Assembly: GCA_964613905.1 (NCBI GenBank)
Contig: CAZTIV010000007.1
Location: forward strand, 312-64,311
Source of the DNA: an uncultured Gemmatimonadaceae bacterium
GTDB taxonomy: Bacteria > Gemmatimonadota > Gemmatimonadetes > Gemmatimonadales > GWC2-71-9
Reading direction: 5' to 3'
Length of the DNA: 64,000 nucleotides
Of this stretch, positions 44,592-54,854 are shown piece by piece. Position numbers and translations under genes: made by a program. Position 1 is the first letter of the stretch, and each line of letters opens with the position of its first letter. The notes under the pieces were generated by a model. It worked only from the letters and a program-made list of their open reading frames with translations. It did no database searches and was not told where the DNA came from.

Positions 44592-47500
44592 CGCGTGCTG
44601 TTCCAGCGCGGGCTGCCCGTAGCGTCCACCGGTTGCGGGAGCCGGGGGAGGTACGCCGCCACAGCGTCCACACTCAACAGTCCGGTGCTCTCGCCACGAT
44701 CCGCCAGTCCCGTAATTCCCGGCGAGGCAGACGCGGGCAGAGACAGCGAGTAGGAGCGACGACGGTCAACCCGCCGCCCGTCCGCGAGGCGAACATCACG
44801 GATGCGGCGACCCTCCGGACGGCGGGGATCGTAACTCACCGAGAGTCCGGCAATATCCGCGGAGGGTGAATCACCAGCGAGCAGATCTTCCACCAGTTCC
44901 AGTAACATGGCTCCCGTCACCGTCACGGTTACTACGTTGTCCGAATCGCCGAGCACACGGCGGAGATCACCGTAGACGACGACTCCTGCCTCCAGTTCGT
45001 CACGCATAGTCGATACCGGCACAATCGATACATCGGTGCGGGTTGCGGCCCGCAGGGCATCCGCAACCAGTCGGCCGAGCGGTCCGTCGACCTCGCCGGC
45101 CCGAAACGGTACCCGGAGACGTGCGATTTCCCGGCCCAGCACTTCTCGCAAGGCCTGGGTGTGACTCTGTACGACGGCCCGAACCCGGGCGGTCGGCTCC
45201 ACCGAGTCTGCCCATGCCGTAACTCGCAGCACCCGCACTTCGATCCGGCCGTCAGCCCGACGAATCACATCGGCCTGAACAACCTCGGTCTCCTCGAGGG
45301 GTGCACCTATGACTGTGATACCGTTGATCACCATCGGGCCAACCGGTACGCCGCCAGGTGTGATGATGACATGCACTGCTGCGGAATCGAGCTGCCGAGC
45401 CAGAGCCTGCCCATTGGGCGCGAGAACGACCAGGGCGTCGGCTCCCGTGGCCCGCGTAGCCGGCACGAGCCGTCGCACCGCCTGGACGGGGTCACCGGCA
45501 TCGAGCGTCCCGCCCGCAAGCCCGGCACCGGACTCGGTGACACCGAGAACGGCAACGCGGGCACCGCGAGGCTCGAGCAGGACCCACGGTTCCAGCCAGG
45601 GGGGGCGCTGCCCGTCCCCGCCGGTCACGTTGGCCGCCAACCACTGGTATTCAGATTCCGCCGCTCGCGCCCGCAACGTGTCAGCCGGCAGGATCAGGTC
45701 AGCACCGGCCACGCGCGCCGCGCTGTAACCGGCCGCGTTGAATGCCTCCACCATCACCCGACCGCGGCTGGCATCCGCCACCTGCGATCCCATGAGATTG
45801 TGACCGATATCCAGACGGACCGAAGCGCAGCGGCAACGTGCTGCCAGCGAGTCCATCCAGGCGGCCAGTAGTGCGGGACCGCCGGCGCGGCGACCACCCA
45901 CCCCGAGGGCCGGTTCGAGCCGTCCCATGATGCCACCGGTTACCAGCAAGCGCACCAGAGTGCTGTCTCGGGCCGGTGCTTCCGGCGGGGCAAAATGGGC
46001 AATCGCCGCCGCGCGCGCCTCATCCGGCACGATCCGCCACTGCTCCCGGAAATCCGGATCGACCCTGAGAGTGCCCGTGTCGCGCAAAGCGCCCGCCAGC
46101 AGATCCCGCAATGAGGCCGCGCTGTCGTACACGACCGGCAGCCGGGCCACCATGTCGTAGCCGCCTCCACCTCCCTGCCGGTAGTTGTTCAGCGCCAGTG
46201 TGAACGTGTCGGACGGGAGCACCTCACGGCCCCGGTACATGAGCCGAGTTATGCGCTCGCCAACCGGATTCCTGAGGTCGATGTCGTACTCGACGCCGCT
46301 CACGATGTCAAAGTTGTACCCTGGCACGCTATCGTTGATGAGCGGTCGCCCCGGTTCGTACGTGCGGAAATAGCGTGCCGAGTGTTCCAGGAACCGGCGC
46401 AACGATTCTCCGTCGATCCGGACGGCAGTGAGGGTGTTCTCGTAGGGGTACAACCCGTACAGGTGTCGCAACCGCACCGCTCCGGGCCCCAGTTCAACGT
46501 CGGTATTGAACGCGGCAGTGGCCGACAGTTGGGCGCCTGAGGCCCTGCGCTGTACCTCGTTGACGAACCGGATCACGGGCGTGTCGCGCACACGCCCGTA
46601 CCGGGCGCTGAAATCACCTTCAACCGGGGCAATGGGTGCGTTGACCAAGTTGCGGACCGCCTGATGCGCCCGCTCCAGCCGACGCGTGAGCACCGTACTG
46701 GGAGGTACGTCGGCCAGCGGAACCTGCTGGCCCATTATGCGGATCACGCGGAATCCGTTGGCTTCACGGACCAGCCATACGTGTGCCACAGCGAGACCCC
46801 GCGCCCAAGGCAACGGTTGTATGAAATGCACACCGTTGATTACTGAGTCACGGATCTGCCGGTGGGAGTGCCCAACCACAACCAGGTGGGGCCGCACGGA
46901 AAGGTGCGCAAGCCGCGCAGCCACGTTTTCAGGACCCACACCGGTTGTGTCGTATGAAGAAGGACCGTCCATACCGCTGTGGATGACCACAACTCTGAGT
47001 TCCGCTCCCGCGTCGCGCATGGCCGGCAGAATCCGTTCCGCGGCGGGCTCGATGGGCCGCACTACCATGCGTCCGGCAAGATTGCGCCGGTCCCAGATCA
47101 TGGAGCCGGGCGTGGTGAAGCCGGTTACCCCCACCGAAACGGGACCACGACGGATCATGGTCCAGGGTTGCCAGGCGTATGTGTCCCGCGGCAGCCGAAA
47201 GACGTTGCCCGAAACAATCGGAAACGCGGCGGCACCGTAGACTCGGCTCAGCAGGTCGAGCCCGAAGTTGAATTCGTGGTTGCCCGGGGTGATCGCGTCG
47301 TAGCCAATGACGTTCATGGCGTCTATCACCGGGTGCGGATCGAGCGGCTGCAATGCGTGGAAGGCGGCAAACGGCTCACCCTGAATCAGGTCACCGGCAT
47401 CCACCACCAACACTCTTCCGGGAAACGCTCGGCGCAGAGAATCGATGGCCGTGGCGGCGCGGGTAAGCCCCCAGGGGGCTTCACGATCGGCCACGTAGTC

Positions 47501-47632
47501 CCAATGCATTGCGCGACCGTGGACGTCGGTTGTGGCAACCACCACCACGTGAGCAGTATCCTGCGCCGCAACCGGTGGAACGGCGCAGACCGCGAACAGA
47601 TAAAGGACCGTTTTCCGCAGAGTCGATGACAT
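44588..47632 (-). CDS. Secreted tandem 5'-nucleotidase/metallophosphatase (UshA-like, duplicated)
   Basis: Signal peptide. The first unit has intact motifs TTDVHG, DAGDLIQG, PGNHEF, VIHSG, VGHSH and a 5'-NT C-terminal domain. The second unit (from about aa 558) is homologous in layout with degenerate metal motifs. Confidence 0.85.
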   Translation of the reverse strand: MSSTLRKTVLYLFAVCAVPPVAAQDTAHVVVVATTDVHGRAMHWDYVADREAPWGLTRAATAIDSLRRAFPGRVLVVDAGDLIQGEPFAAFHALQPLDPHPVIDAMNVIGYDAITPGNHEFNFGLDLLSRVYGAAAFPIVSGNVFRLPRDTYAWQPWTMIRRGPVSVGVTGFTTPGSMIWDRRNLAGRMVVRPIEPAAERILPAMRDAGAELRVVVIHSGMDGPSSYDTTGVGPENVAARLAHLSVRPHLVVVGHSHRQIRDSVINGVHFIQPLPWARGLAVAHVWLVREANGFRVIRIMGQQVPLADVPPSTVLTRRLERAHQAVRNLVNAPIAPVEGDFSARYGRVRDTPVIRFVNEVQRRASGAQLSATAAFNTDVELGPGAVRLRHLYGLYPYENTLTAVRIDGESLRRFLEHSARYFRTYEPGRPLINDSVPGYNFDIVSGVEYDIDLRNPVGERITRLMYRGREVLPSDTFTLALNNYRQGGGGGYDMVARLPVVYDSAASLRDLLAGALRDTGTLRVDPDFREQWRIVPDEARAAAIAHFAPPEAPARDSTLVRLLVTGGIMGRLEPALGVGGRRAGGPALLAAWMDSLAARCRCASVRLDIGHNLMGSQVADASRGRVMVEAFNAAGYSAARVAGADLILPADTLRARAAESEYQWLAANVTGGDGQRPPWLEPWVLLEPRGARVAVLGVTESGAGLAGGTLDAGDPVQAVRRLVPATRATGADALVVLAPNGQALARQLDSAAVHVIITPGGVPVGPMVINGITVIGAPLEETEVVQADVIRRADGRIEVRVLRVTAWADSVEPTARVRAVVQSHTQALREVLGREIARLRVPFRAGEVDGPLGRLVADALRAATRTDVSIVPVSTMRDELEAGVVVYGDLRRVLGDSDNVVTVTVTGAMLLELVEDLLAGDSPSADIAGLSVSYDPRRPEGRRIRDVRLADGRRVDRRRSYSLSLPASASPGITGLADRGESTGLLSVDAVAAYLPRLPQPVDATGSPRWNSTR

Positions 47633-47701
47633 AATGATGGGAATCTGCCCCGGACACCCACCGTACGCAATCGGGCCCCGCCGGAGTTATATTCGCGCCG
47701 G

Positions 47702-48391
47702 ATGACTCATCGAATACTCGTTGTTGACGACGAGCCCGATATCACCGCTCTGGTGTCGTATCATCTGGCCAAAGCGGGGTATCGTGTCACGACCGCCAGC
47801 ACGGGGCCGGAGGCCCTCAAGGCAGCCGAGGAACACGCCCCCGACCTCGTCGTCCTGGACCTCATGCTCCCCAACCTCTCCGGCTACGACGTGCTCGAAT
47901 CGCTGAGGCGGCGGCCGGAAACGCGGGACGTGGGGGTGCTGGTATTGACGGCCCGGAAGGACGAGGCAGACCGCATCAAGGGTCTGTCCCTGGGAGCCGA
48001 CGACTACCTCGTGAAGCCGTTCTCGCCGCAGGAACTGGTGCTCCGGGTGGGTGCGGTGCTCCGCAGGCTGGGAGAGCCGGCGGTCGCCTCCGGCAACAAG
48101 TTGGTAGCCGGTCCGCTCGCCATTGATCGTGGCGCCCATCGCGTGACCGTTGATGGTCGCGAGGTGGAACTGACCGCAACCGAATACAAGCTGCTGGTCA
48201 CACTTGCCGAACGTCGTGGGCGCGTGCAGTCCCGGACGCAACTGCTGGAAACCGTGTGGGACGCGCACCCCGATATTCAGACACGTACCGTTGACATGCA
48301 TATGCAGAGGTTGCGGACCAAACTCGGCCCCGCCGCGGAACTGCTCGAGACGGTTCGGGGGTTCGGGTACCGCTTCCGCCCGACCAGATGA
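47702..48391 (+). CDS. phoB: OmpR/PhoB family response regulator
   Basis: ILVVDDEPDI...DLVVLDLMLPNLSGYDV, winged-helix C-terminus (LTATEYKLLVTLAERRGRVQSRTQLLETVW...VDMHMQRLRTKL...VRGFGYRF). The symbol is assigned from context. Confidence 0.8.
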   Translation: MTHRILVVDDEPDITALVSYHLAKAGYRVTTASTGPEALKAAEEHAPDLVVLDLMLPNLSGYDVLESLRRRPETRDVGVLVLTARKDEADRIKGLSLGADDYLVKPFSPQELVLRVGAVLRRLGEPAVASGNKLVAGPLAIDRGAHRVTVDGREVELTATEYKLLVTLAERRGRVQSRTQLLETVWDAHPDIQTRTVDMHMQRLRTKLGPAAELLETVRGFGYRFRPTR

Positions 48392-50103
48392 GCTTCGGTG
48401 CGCGCCTCCTTCTCGCGATCGTCGCCATCCTTGCAGTGACGGTAGTGACCCTCACGGTTGCCACCAATCGCTGGCTCAGGAAGGATCTGGAGCAGGGGTT
48501 CATCACCGACCTCGAAGGTGAGGCCCGGCTCGTGGCACTCGCCATCCCTCGGGACAAGGCGGCCCTGCCTCAGACAGCTCGCGACATCGGGAGACAGCTC
48601 GGCCGTCGGGTCACCCTCATAGACTCGGCCGGGTTAGTGCTGGGCGATTCCGATTTCGACGATGCAAGCCTCCGTCTCCTGGAGAATCATACCGACCGAC
48701 CCGAGGTCCGCGATGCGTTCCAGGGTCGTACCGGCGTATTTCGCCGGCCCAGCGTCTCCACCGGGAGAATCGAGCTCAAGGTGGCGATTCCGGCATGGCC
48801 AGGCGTTGTGCGCATTTCGGCTCCGCCTGAGCAGGTGGAGGCCGTCGTTTCGGACACCCGCCGGGTGATTCTGCTGGCCGCATTGATTGCTCTGCTGTTC
48901 GGTACGGTACTCGCAGCCATAGGCGGCCAGGCGCTGAGCCGACCGCTGCGGGCGCTCGCGGATGCCACGAGGACCCTCGCCTCAGGCAGTACGCCCCGCT
49001 ATCCGGCCACAAGCGTTCCCGAAGTGAGGCGCCTCGTCACGGCCTTCCGCAGCATGCAGGAAGAACTCGACGCGCGCATCTCGGCGCTCGAGCGCGGGCG
49101 CGAGAAGATGGATACGCTGATCGAATCGATGGTCGAGGCGGTGCTGGCAACCGATGCCGGAGGTGCGATCGTCGTCTGCAACGGGGCCGCCCGCAAGCTG
49201 GTGAACTACAGGCCTGACGACGTGTTGCCCAACATCAGAGAACTGTTCGTCAACATCGACGCCCGGAATCTCGTTGACCAGGTGATGCGCGGGCAGATGG
49301 TACTGGGACGTGAAATTGCGCTGGATGAGCGTACGGTGCTTGCGACCGCGAGGCCCCTGCCCACCGGCGGTGCCGTGGTCTGCATGCACGACGTCACGGA
49401 TATCAAGCGCCTGCAATCCATTCGCCGGGACTTTGTGGCCAACGTGTCGCATGAGCTCAAGACACCCCTCACCAGCATCTCCGGATATGCTGAAACCCTG
49501 CTCGGAGAGAAACCGGACGCCGAAACGGAACGCAAGTTCCTGGAAATCATCCTGGCCAACGCTCAGCGCATGCAGCGGCTGGTCGATGACCTGCTTGATC
49601 TTGCCCGGCTCGAAAGCGGCGGCTGGACCCCTCGCCGCGAAACGGTTGATCCCCTGGAGGCCGGCAAGATCGCATGGGCAGCGTTTGCCGATCGGGCGGC
49701 GGAACGCAATGTGACCTTCGAGGCAACCGGGGCCGAGGACCAGCTGTTGTCGGCCGACCCCGAGGCGCTGCGGCAGATACTGTCAAACCTCTTTGACAAC
49801 GCCCTGCGGCATACGCCGGCGGGAGGCCGGATATCGCTGGAGGTATCCCGTGCCGATGGAATGGTGCAGATCGCGGTTCGGGATACCGGGTCCGGCATTC
49901 CAGCAGAGCACGTGCCTCGCGTATTCGAGAGGTTCTATCGGGCAGATCCGGCACGTTCGCGCGACCAGGGAGGAACCGGCCTGGGCCTCTCCATCGTAAA
50001 ACACATGGTGGATGCGCACGGCGGCCGGGTGGATCTGGAAAGCGCGGTAGGCAGGGGGACGACCGTACGTGTGACGCTGCCGGCCGCGGCCGTTCCAGCT
50101 TGA
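48388..50103 (+). CDS. phoR: Phosphate-regulon-type sensor histidine kinase (TM-HAMP-PAS-HisKA-HATPase)
   Basis: FVANVSHELKTPLTSISGY, DNALRHTP, RDTGSGIP, GGTGLGLSIVKH. ATGA overlap with the response regulator. Confidence 0.75.
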   Translation: MSFGARLLLAIVAILAVTVVTLTVATNRWLRKDLEQGFITDLEGEARLVALAIPRDKAALPQTARDIGRQLGRRVTLIDSAGLVLGDSDFDDASLRLLENHTDRPEVRDAFQGRTGVFRRPSVSTGRIELKVAIPAWPGVVRISAPPEQVEAVVSDTRRVILLAALIALLFGTVLAAIGGQALSRPLRALADATRTLASGSTPRYPATSVPEVRRLVTAFRSMQEELDARISALERGREKMDTLIESMVEAVLATDAGGAIVVCNGAARKLVNYRPDDVLPNIRELFVNIDARNLVDQVMRGQMVLGREIALDERTVLATARPLPTGGAVVCMHDVTDIKRLQSIRRDFVANVSHELKTPLTSISGYAETLLGEKPDAETERKFLEIILANAQRMQRLVDDLLDLARLESGGWTPRRETVDPLEAGKIAWAAFADRAAERNVTFEATGAEDQLLSADPEALRQILSNLFDNALRHTPAGGRISLEVSRADGMVQIAVRDTGSGIPAEHVPRVFERFYRADPARSRDQGGTGLGLSIVKHMVDAHGGRVDLESAVGRGTTVRVTLPAAAVPA

Positions 50104-50182
50104 GCCTCTTGCTGGTATCGCCTTGCACTTCCTGCAGCAGGTAGCTGCTTCACATCCCGTCCAGTCCAGAGCAGACCCTACC

Positions 50183-50223
50183 GTTACCCGGTGGTAAGGG
50201 CATCCGTCACCGGATCGTTACAG
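50183..50223 (+). promoter_or_regulatory. Candidate Pho box array upstream of the TonB-dependent receptor
   Basis: GTTACCC(50183) ggtg GTAAGGG(50194) catcc GTCACCG(50206) gatc GTTACAG(50217). Spacings are 11, 12 and 11 bp, about 65 nt before the ATG. Confidence 0.5.
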
Positions 50224-50286
50224 TCTCGGCGGATACTCGTGGTGGTGATGTTCCGCACCCAAACACGAGGCCACGAGATGGGTCCC

Positions 50287-52983
50287 ATGAAACGCTACGC
50301 TGCGCTCTTCCCCGTCCTGCTCGGACTTGCTACCCCCGTATCCGTTGAGGCTCAGACCGGTCGTCTGGTGGGCCGAGTACTGGACGCCAGCCGCGGGACG
50401 ACGCTTACCGGGGCAATCATCGACATCGAGGGCACAGCACTCAGGACGTCTTCCGGTCTGGACGGCCGGTACGTTCTTTCCAGTCTGCCGGCCGGCACGA
50501 TCACGATCCGCGTCCGGATGATGGGTTACGGCCCCAAGCTTATCTCCGGGATAGTTGTCCCGACCGGCGGCACCACAGAGATGGACATAGCTCTGGACGT
50601 GCAGGCTGTTCAGTTGGAGGAGCTGACCGTGGTGAGCGAGATGGCCGAACGCGGCACCGTGAGCCGGGCGCTGGATGAGCAACGGATGTCCTCGAACATC
50701 GTGAGCGCCATCACCGCCGAACAGATTTCGCGCAGCCCCGATGGCGACGCAGCAGCGGCGGCCCAACGCGTGAGTGGTGTCACGGTGCAGGAAGGGCGGT
50801 TCGTGTTCATCCGCGGACTCGGCGAGCGGTACACCACTACGTCCCTCAACGGAGCGCGTATCCCGAGCCCGGAACCGGAGCGCAAGATGGTACCGCTCGA
50901 CCTCTTTCCCGCGGGGCTGCTACAGTCGGTAACCACTTCCAAGACGTTTACTCCGGATCTGGAAGGCGACTTCAGCGGTGGGCGCGTGGACATCCGCACG
51001 CGTGAGTATCCGACCCAAAGGGAGTTCTCGGCATCTTTTTCCATGGGATACAACAGCGCAGCTACTGGCAGCGTACTGCCCATGTCTCCGAGAGCTGGTG
51101 GCGAGTGGCTCGCGGCGGCGACCGGCCCCAGGCTGATACCCGACGTGGTTCAGAACACCACTCGTCCCCAGCCAGGCGACCAGACCAACACCATGGTCAA
51201 CGCCATGCGGAACGCGTGGTCGGTAGACCATCGCACGGGCAGGCCCAACACATCATTCGGGCTTTCGCTTGGGGGCAGTGACGGCGTGCTTGGAAGGGAC
51301 GTGGGCTACCTGGTATCGACTACCTACTCTCTGAGCGACGAAGCCAACGCAGGCTCCATCCGCGAGAATCCGGAAGGAGACCGCTACGAAGGCTCCGTCG
51401 GCCGACAGAGTGTGCTCCTTGGGGGCCTTTTCAACCTGAGTACCATGCTCGGCAATCACACCCGCATCTCGGTAAACAACAGCTACAACCGGACGGCTGA
51501 CAACGAAGCCCGATTCGAGACCGGATTCTACGAGAATCACGGTACCAACATCCAGATCGAGCGAATGCGATATGTGGAACGCTCGGTCAGGCACCATCAG
51601 TTTCTGGCTCAGCATCAGATTTCCCGACGCCATCGCGTGGAGTGGTCACTGAGCTCATCCGCTGTCTCCCGTCAGGAACCGGACCGCTCGGAGTACGTCA
51701 CCTGGCTTGATCCGGCGACGCCCACCTGGTACAACCAGGAGGGTGCGTTCCGGGCATACGGCGGTCTCACTGAAGATGCCTTCGAGGCTTCGCTCGACTA
51801 CCAGCTTGACCTGGGCCGGGGACAGTCACACCTGGTGAAACTGGGCGGGCTCGTGCGGTCAACGAAGCGCGATGCCTTTGACGCGGGCTACGCAATCCGC
51901 ACCCGCGATTGGACTCCCACAGATTCACGCTGGCAGCTCTCTCCGGAAGAGATATTCGATGGCCGGTTCTCGCAGAACGGTGAGCAACTGTTCGAGCTTG
52001 GCATCTTCAACGCGGGAGGCAACTACCGGGCGGACGACCGGGTGGCCGCCGGTTACGCCATGCTTGAGGTGTCCCTGCTCTCGAATCTGCGGTTCCTCGG
52101 CGGAGCACGAGTCGAAAAATCGGAGCTCGAAGTCGTTTACCAGGACGTACTCGGCAACGAGGGGATCGCCAATCCGTCGTACACGGATGTACTACCGGCG
52201 GCCGCTCTGGTGCTGGACGTAGGGCAGTCGCACAAGCTGAGGCTCTCCGCTTCACAGACGCTGGCCCGTCCGGAGTATCGGGAAATAGCCCCCATCTGCT
52301 ACCGTGCAGGACTGGGCGAGGAGCAACGTTGCGGCAATCCCGACCTGGTCAGAACACTTATCCGGAACTACGACCTCCGCTGGGAATTCTACCCGGGATC
52401 TGGCGAAGTCATGTCGATCGCAATCTTCGCCAAGCAGTTCCGGGATCCCATCGAGCCCAGATATCAGGGGCGTTCCGGCACCAACTCTCTCTGGTTCCAG
52501 AACGCGGAAAACGCAGTGAACTACGGAATTGAGCTCGAGGCCATGCGGAACCTCGGATTCCTGAGCCACGCCCTCGAGCCACTCTCGTTGTTCACGAATG
52601 CGACCATCATGCACAGCAGCGTGCACACGGGGATCGAAGGAGATCCCGACCGTCGTATGACCGGGCAGGCACCCTATGTGGTTAACGCGGGGCTCACCTG
52701 GGCCAGCCGGAACCGCACGACCAGCGCGACCCTTCTGTACAACGTGGTTGGCGAACGGATCATCAACGCCCGCCCTTCGGGCCAGTTGGTATCCGACATG
52801 CTCGAGATGTCTCGTCCCGGACTGGACTTCTCGCTCCGGTTCCCGATGCTCAACGCCGTATCCGGCAAGCTGGATGTGAAGAACATCCTCGATTCGCCTT
52901 ATGAGGTGAAGCAGGGCGACGTCCAGCGGGCCTGGTACCGTTCGGGACGGTCGGTCTCAGCAGGGTTCTCGTGGCAGATGTGA
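50287..52983 (+). CDS. TonB-dependent receptor with N-terminal carboxypeptidase-regulatory-like domain
   Basis: In ORF 50191..52983 from MKRYAALFPVLLGLATPVSVEAQTGRLVGRVLD. Plug (FVFIRGLGERYTTTSLNG), long beta-barrel, terminal aromatic ...GFSWQM. Confidence 0.88.
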   Translation: MKRYAALFPVLLGLATPVSVEAQTGRLVGRVLDASRGTTLTGAIIDIEGTALRTSSGLDGRYVLSSLPAGTITIRVRMMGYGPKLISGIVVPTGGTTEMDIALDVQAVQLEELTVVSEMAERGTVSRALDEQRMSSNIVSAITAEQISRSPDGDAAAAAQRVSGVTVQEGRFVFIRGLGERYTTTSLNGARIPSPEPERKMVPLDLFPAGLLQSVTTSKTFTPDLEGDFSGGRVDIRTREYPTQREFSASFSMGYNSAATGSVLPMSPRAGGEWLAAATGPRLIPDVVQNTTRPQPGDQTNTMVNAMRNAWSVDHRTGRPNTSFGLSLGGSDGVLGRDVGYLVSTTYSLSDEANAGSIRENPEGDRYEGSVGRQSVLLGGLFNLSTMLGNHTRISVNNSYNRTADNEARFETGFYENHGTNIQIERMRYVERSVRHHQFLAQHQISRRHRVEWSLSSSAVSRQEPDRSEYVTWLDPATPTWYNQEGAFRAYGGLTEDAFEASLDYQLDLGRGQSHLVKLGGLVRSTKRDAFDAGYAIRTRDWTPTDSRWQLSPEEIFDGRFSQNGEQLFELGIFNAGGNYRADDRVAAGYAMLEVSLLSNLRFLGGARVEKSELEVVYQDVLGNEGIANPSYTDVLPAAALVLDVGQSHKLRLSASQTLARPEYREIAPICYRAGLGEEQRCGNPDLVRTLIRNYDLRWEFYPGSGEVMSIAIFAKQFRDPIEPRYQGRSGTNSLWFQNAENAVNYGIELEAMRNLGFLSHALEPLSLFTNATIMHSSVHTGIEGDPDRRMTGQAPYVVNAGLTWASRNRTTSATLLYNVVGERIINARPSGQLVSDMLEMSRPGLDFSLRFPMLNAVSGKLDVKNILDSPYEVKQGDVQRAWYRSGRSVSAGFSWQM

Positions 52984-52993
52984 TACGTCAACA

Positions 52994-53049
52994 GTTCACC
53001 ACCATCACGTTACCAATCCGTTATCCAATCCCGCCGCCTTCCGTTACCT
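52994..53049 (+). promoter_or_regulatory. Candidate Pho box array upstream of the FN3 lipoprotein gene
   Basis: GTTCACC(52994), GTTACCA(53009), GTTATCC(53020), GTTACCT(53043). The 53009 to 53020 spacing is 11 bp and 53020 to 53043 is 23 bp. Confidence 0.45.
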
Positions 53050-53113
53050 CATCCCGAGTTCTTTCGATCGTTTGGAGTCCCGTCCAACCCTCTATTACAG
53101 GTGCCAGACGATC

Positions 53114-54850
53114 ATGACCCGTAAGTTGCTTCCTGGAGTTCTGCTGGGTGCTCTTGTGCTCACCGCGTGCAGCGACTCCACAGACCCCACCGTCACCCTG
53201 ACCTCACCAATCAACGTTGAAGTGCGGGCCCTCACCCCCACCTCCGCACGTGTGTCATGGGAGGCCGTGTCCGGCGCAACCTCGTACGAAGTGGAACGGG
53301 CTGAGGGAACCTCAGCCGGCACGTTTACGGCCGCGGCTACCAGCTCCGAGACCTCGGCCGACGTGACCGGCCTCACCACGAGCGCCACCTATCGGTTCCG
53401 CGTCGTTGCGGTTGCGGGCACCACAAAGAGCACGCCCAGCAACCCCTCGGCGCCGTTCACGGTTCCTGACGAAGTGTTTGAAATCATCACCGGTGATATC
53501 ACCACCAACACAACATTCACGGCCGACAAGACATGGGTGCTTTCGGGATTCATCAAGGTGGGCAACGGAGCCACCCTGACGATTGAACCGGGAACCAAGG
53601 TCGTTGGAGACTTTGACATTCCGGGTTCTTCGCTCTTCATCCTGCGCGGGGCGAAGATCATGGCCGAAGGCACGGTCGATAACCCGATCGTGTTCACGTC
53701 CGAGCGTCCGGTGGGCCAGAGGCAACCGGGAGACTGGGGCGGTGTCATCATGATCGGCAACGGCATCATCAACCGTACCGGCTCCACCCAGATCGAGGGC
53801 ACCGGCACGCCGGCGGCCGTCAACCCGCCGCAGTTCTATCACGGTGGCACCGACAACAACGACAACAGCGGCGCGTTGCGCTACGCCCGCATCGAGTTTG
53901 CCGGCTACCCCACCGCTCCCAATGAAGAGCTGAACAGCCTCACCATGGCGGCGGTCGGGCGCGGCACGACCATCGAATACGTACAGGTACTGCAGGGCCT
54001 CGATGACTCGTTCGAGTGGTTCGGCGGCGCGGTCAACGGACGGTACCTCGTCTCCTATGAATCCGCGGACGACCACTTTGACGCCTCGGAAGGCTACATC
54101 GGAAAGAATCAGTACATGATTGCCTTCCAGTCGATACGTCCGGACGCGCGCCCAGGACTCGCCGGCGGCGTGGCCTCTGACCCCCAGGGCATCGAGAACG
54201 ACGGCTGCTGGGCAGAGAATTGCGCGGCCGGCAACGACAACCGCAGCGCTTCGCAGCCCTACACCATTCCGGTGTTTGCCAACTTCACACTCGTTGGGGC
54301 GCCGTCAGGAGCATGGGAGACCACCGGCGGCAACTACGGAATGATGCTGCGGCGTGGCACCGGCGGACTGTACGTGAACGGCGTAGTCACCCGCTACTCA
54401 CGCGAGGCTATCAGCTTCCGTGGCGAACAGACGTTCGAGCGCCACAACGAGGGCAACCTCCGGATCATGAACCTCTATGTTTCGCAGACCGCCGGTCTGT
54501 TCCAGGCCGAGAACCTCGCTGCACCAAATCTGGACAACCGGCAGTACGTGCTCGACCCAGCCACGTACAACCTCGAAGCGGGAGACGTAACGGCGGGGAA
54601 TCTGTTCGCGGCTTTCCCGACGAACACTCTGGGATCCACCGCTGCGAGTTTCGACTGGCGTCCTGCTGACGGATCACCCATCGCAACGGGAGGGCTCACG
54701 GACTTCAGTGGCCTGCCGGCACAGCTTCTGGCCGCTACTCAGGACAACGGCAGCCCGAACAGCACCATTGCTCCCACCGCATATCGCGGCGCCGCGGAGC
54801 CGGGCGGGGTGGCCTGGTGGGCTGGTTGGACCAGTTACGCGAGGAACTGA
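53114..54850 (+). CDS. Surface lipoprotein: FN3 domain plus large uncharacterised (possibly beta-helix-like) domain
   Basis: In ORF 53072..54850. Lipobox LTAC. FN3-like VRALTPTSARVSWEAVSGATSYEVER...YRFRVVAV. Then ATLTIEPGTKV, PIVFTS, PGDWGGVIMIG, RYARIEFAG, DDSFEWFGGAV, DDHFDASEGY, and it ends WWAGWTSYARN. Confidence 0.7.
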   Translation: MTRKLLPGVLLGALVLTACSDSTDPTVTLTSPINVEVRALTPTSARVSWEAVSGATSYEVERAEGTSAGTFTAAATSSETSADVTGLTTSATYRFRVVAVAGTTKSTPSNPSAPFTVPDEVFEIITGDITTNTTFTADKTWVLSGFIKVGNGATLTIEPGTKVVGDFDIPGSSLFILRGAKIMAEGTVDNPIVFTSERPVGQRQPGDWGGVIMIGNGIINRTGSTQIEGTGTPAAVNPPQFYHGGTDNNDNSGALRYARIEFAGYPTAPNEELNSLTMAAVGRGTTIEYVQVLQGLDDSFEWFGGAVNGRYLVSYESADDHFDASEGYIGKNQYMIAFQSIRPDARPGLAGGVASDPQGIENDGCWAENCAAGNDNRSASQPYTIPVFANFTLVGAPSGAWETTGGNYGMMLRRGTGGLYVNGVVTRYSREAISFRGEQTFERHNEGNLRIMNLYVSQTAGLFQAENLAAPNLDNRQYVLDPATYNLEAGDVTAGNLFAAFPTNTLGSTAASFDWRPADGSPIATGGLTDFSGLPAQLLAATQDNGSPNSTIAPTAYRGAAEPGGVAWWAGWTSYARN

Positions 54851-54854
54851 TCAG

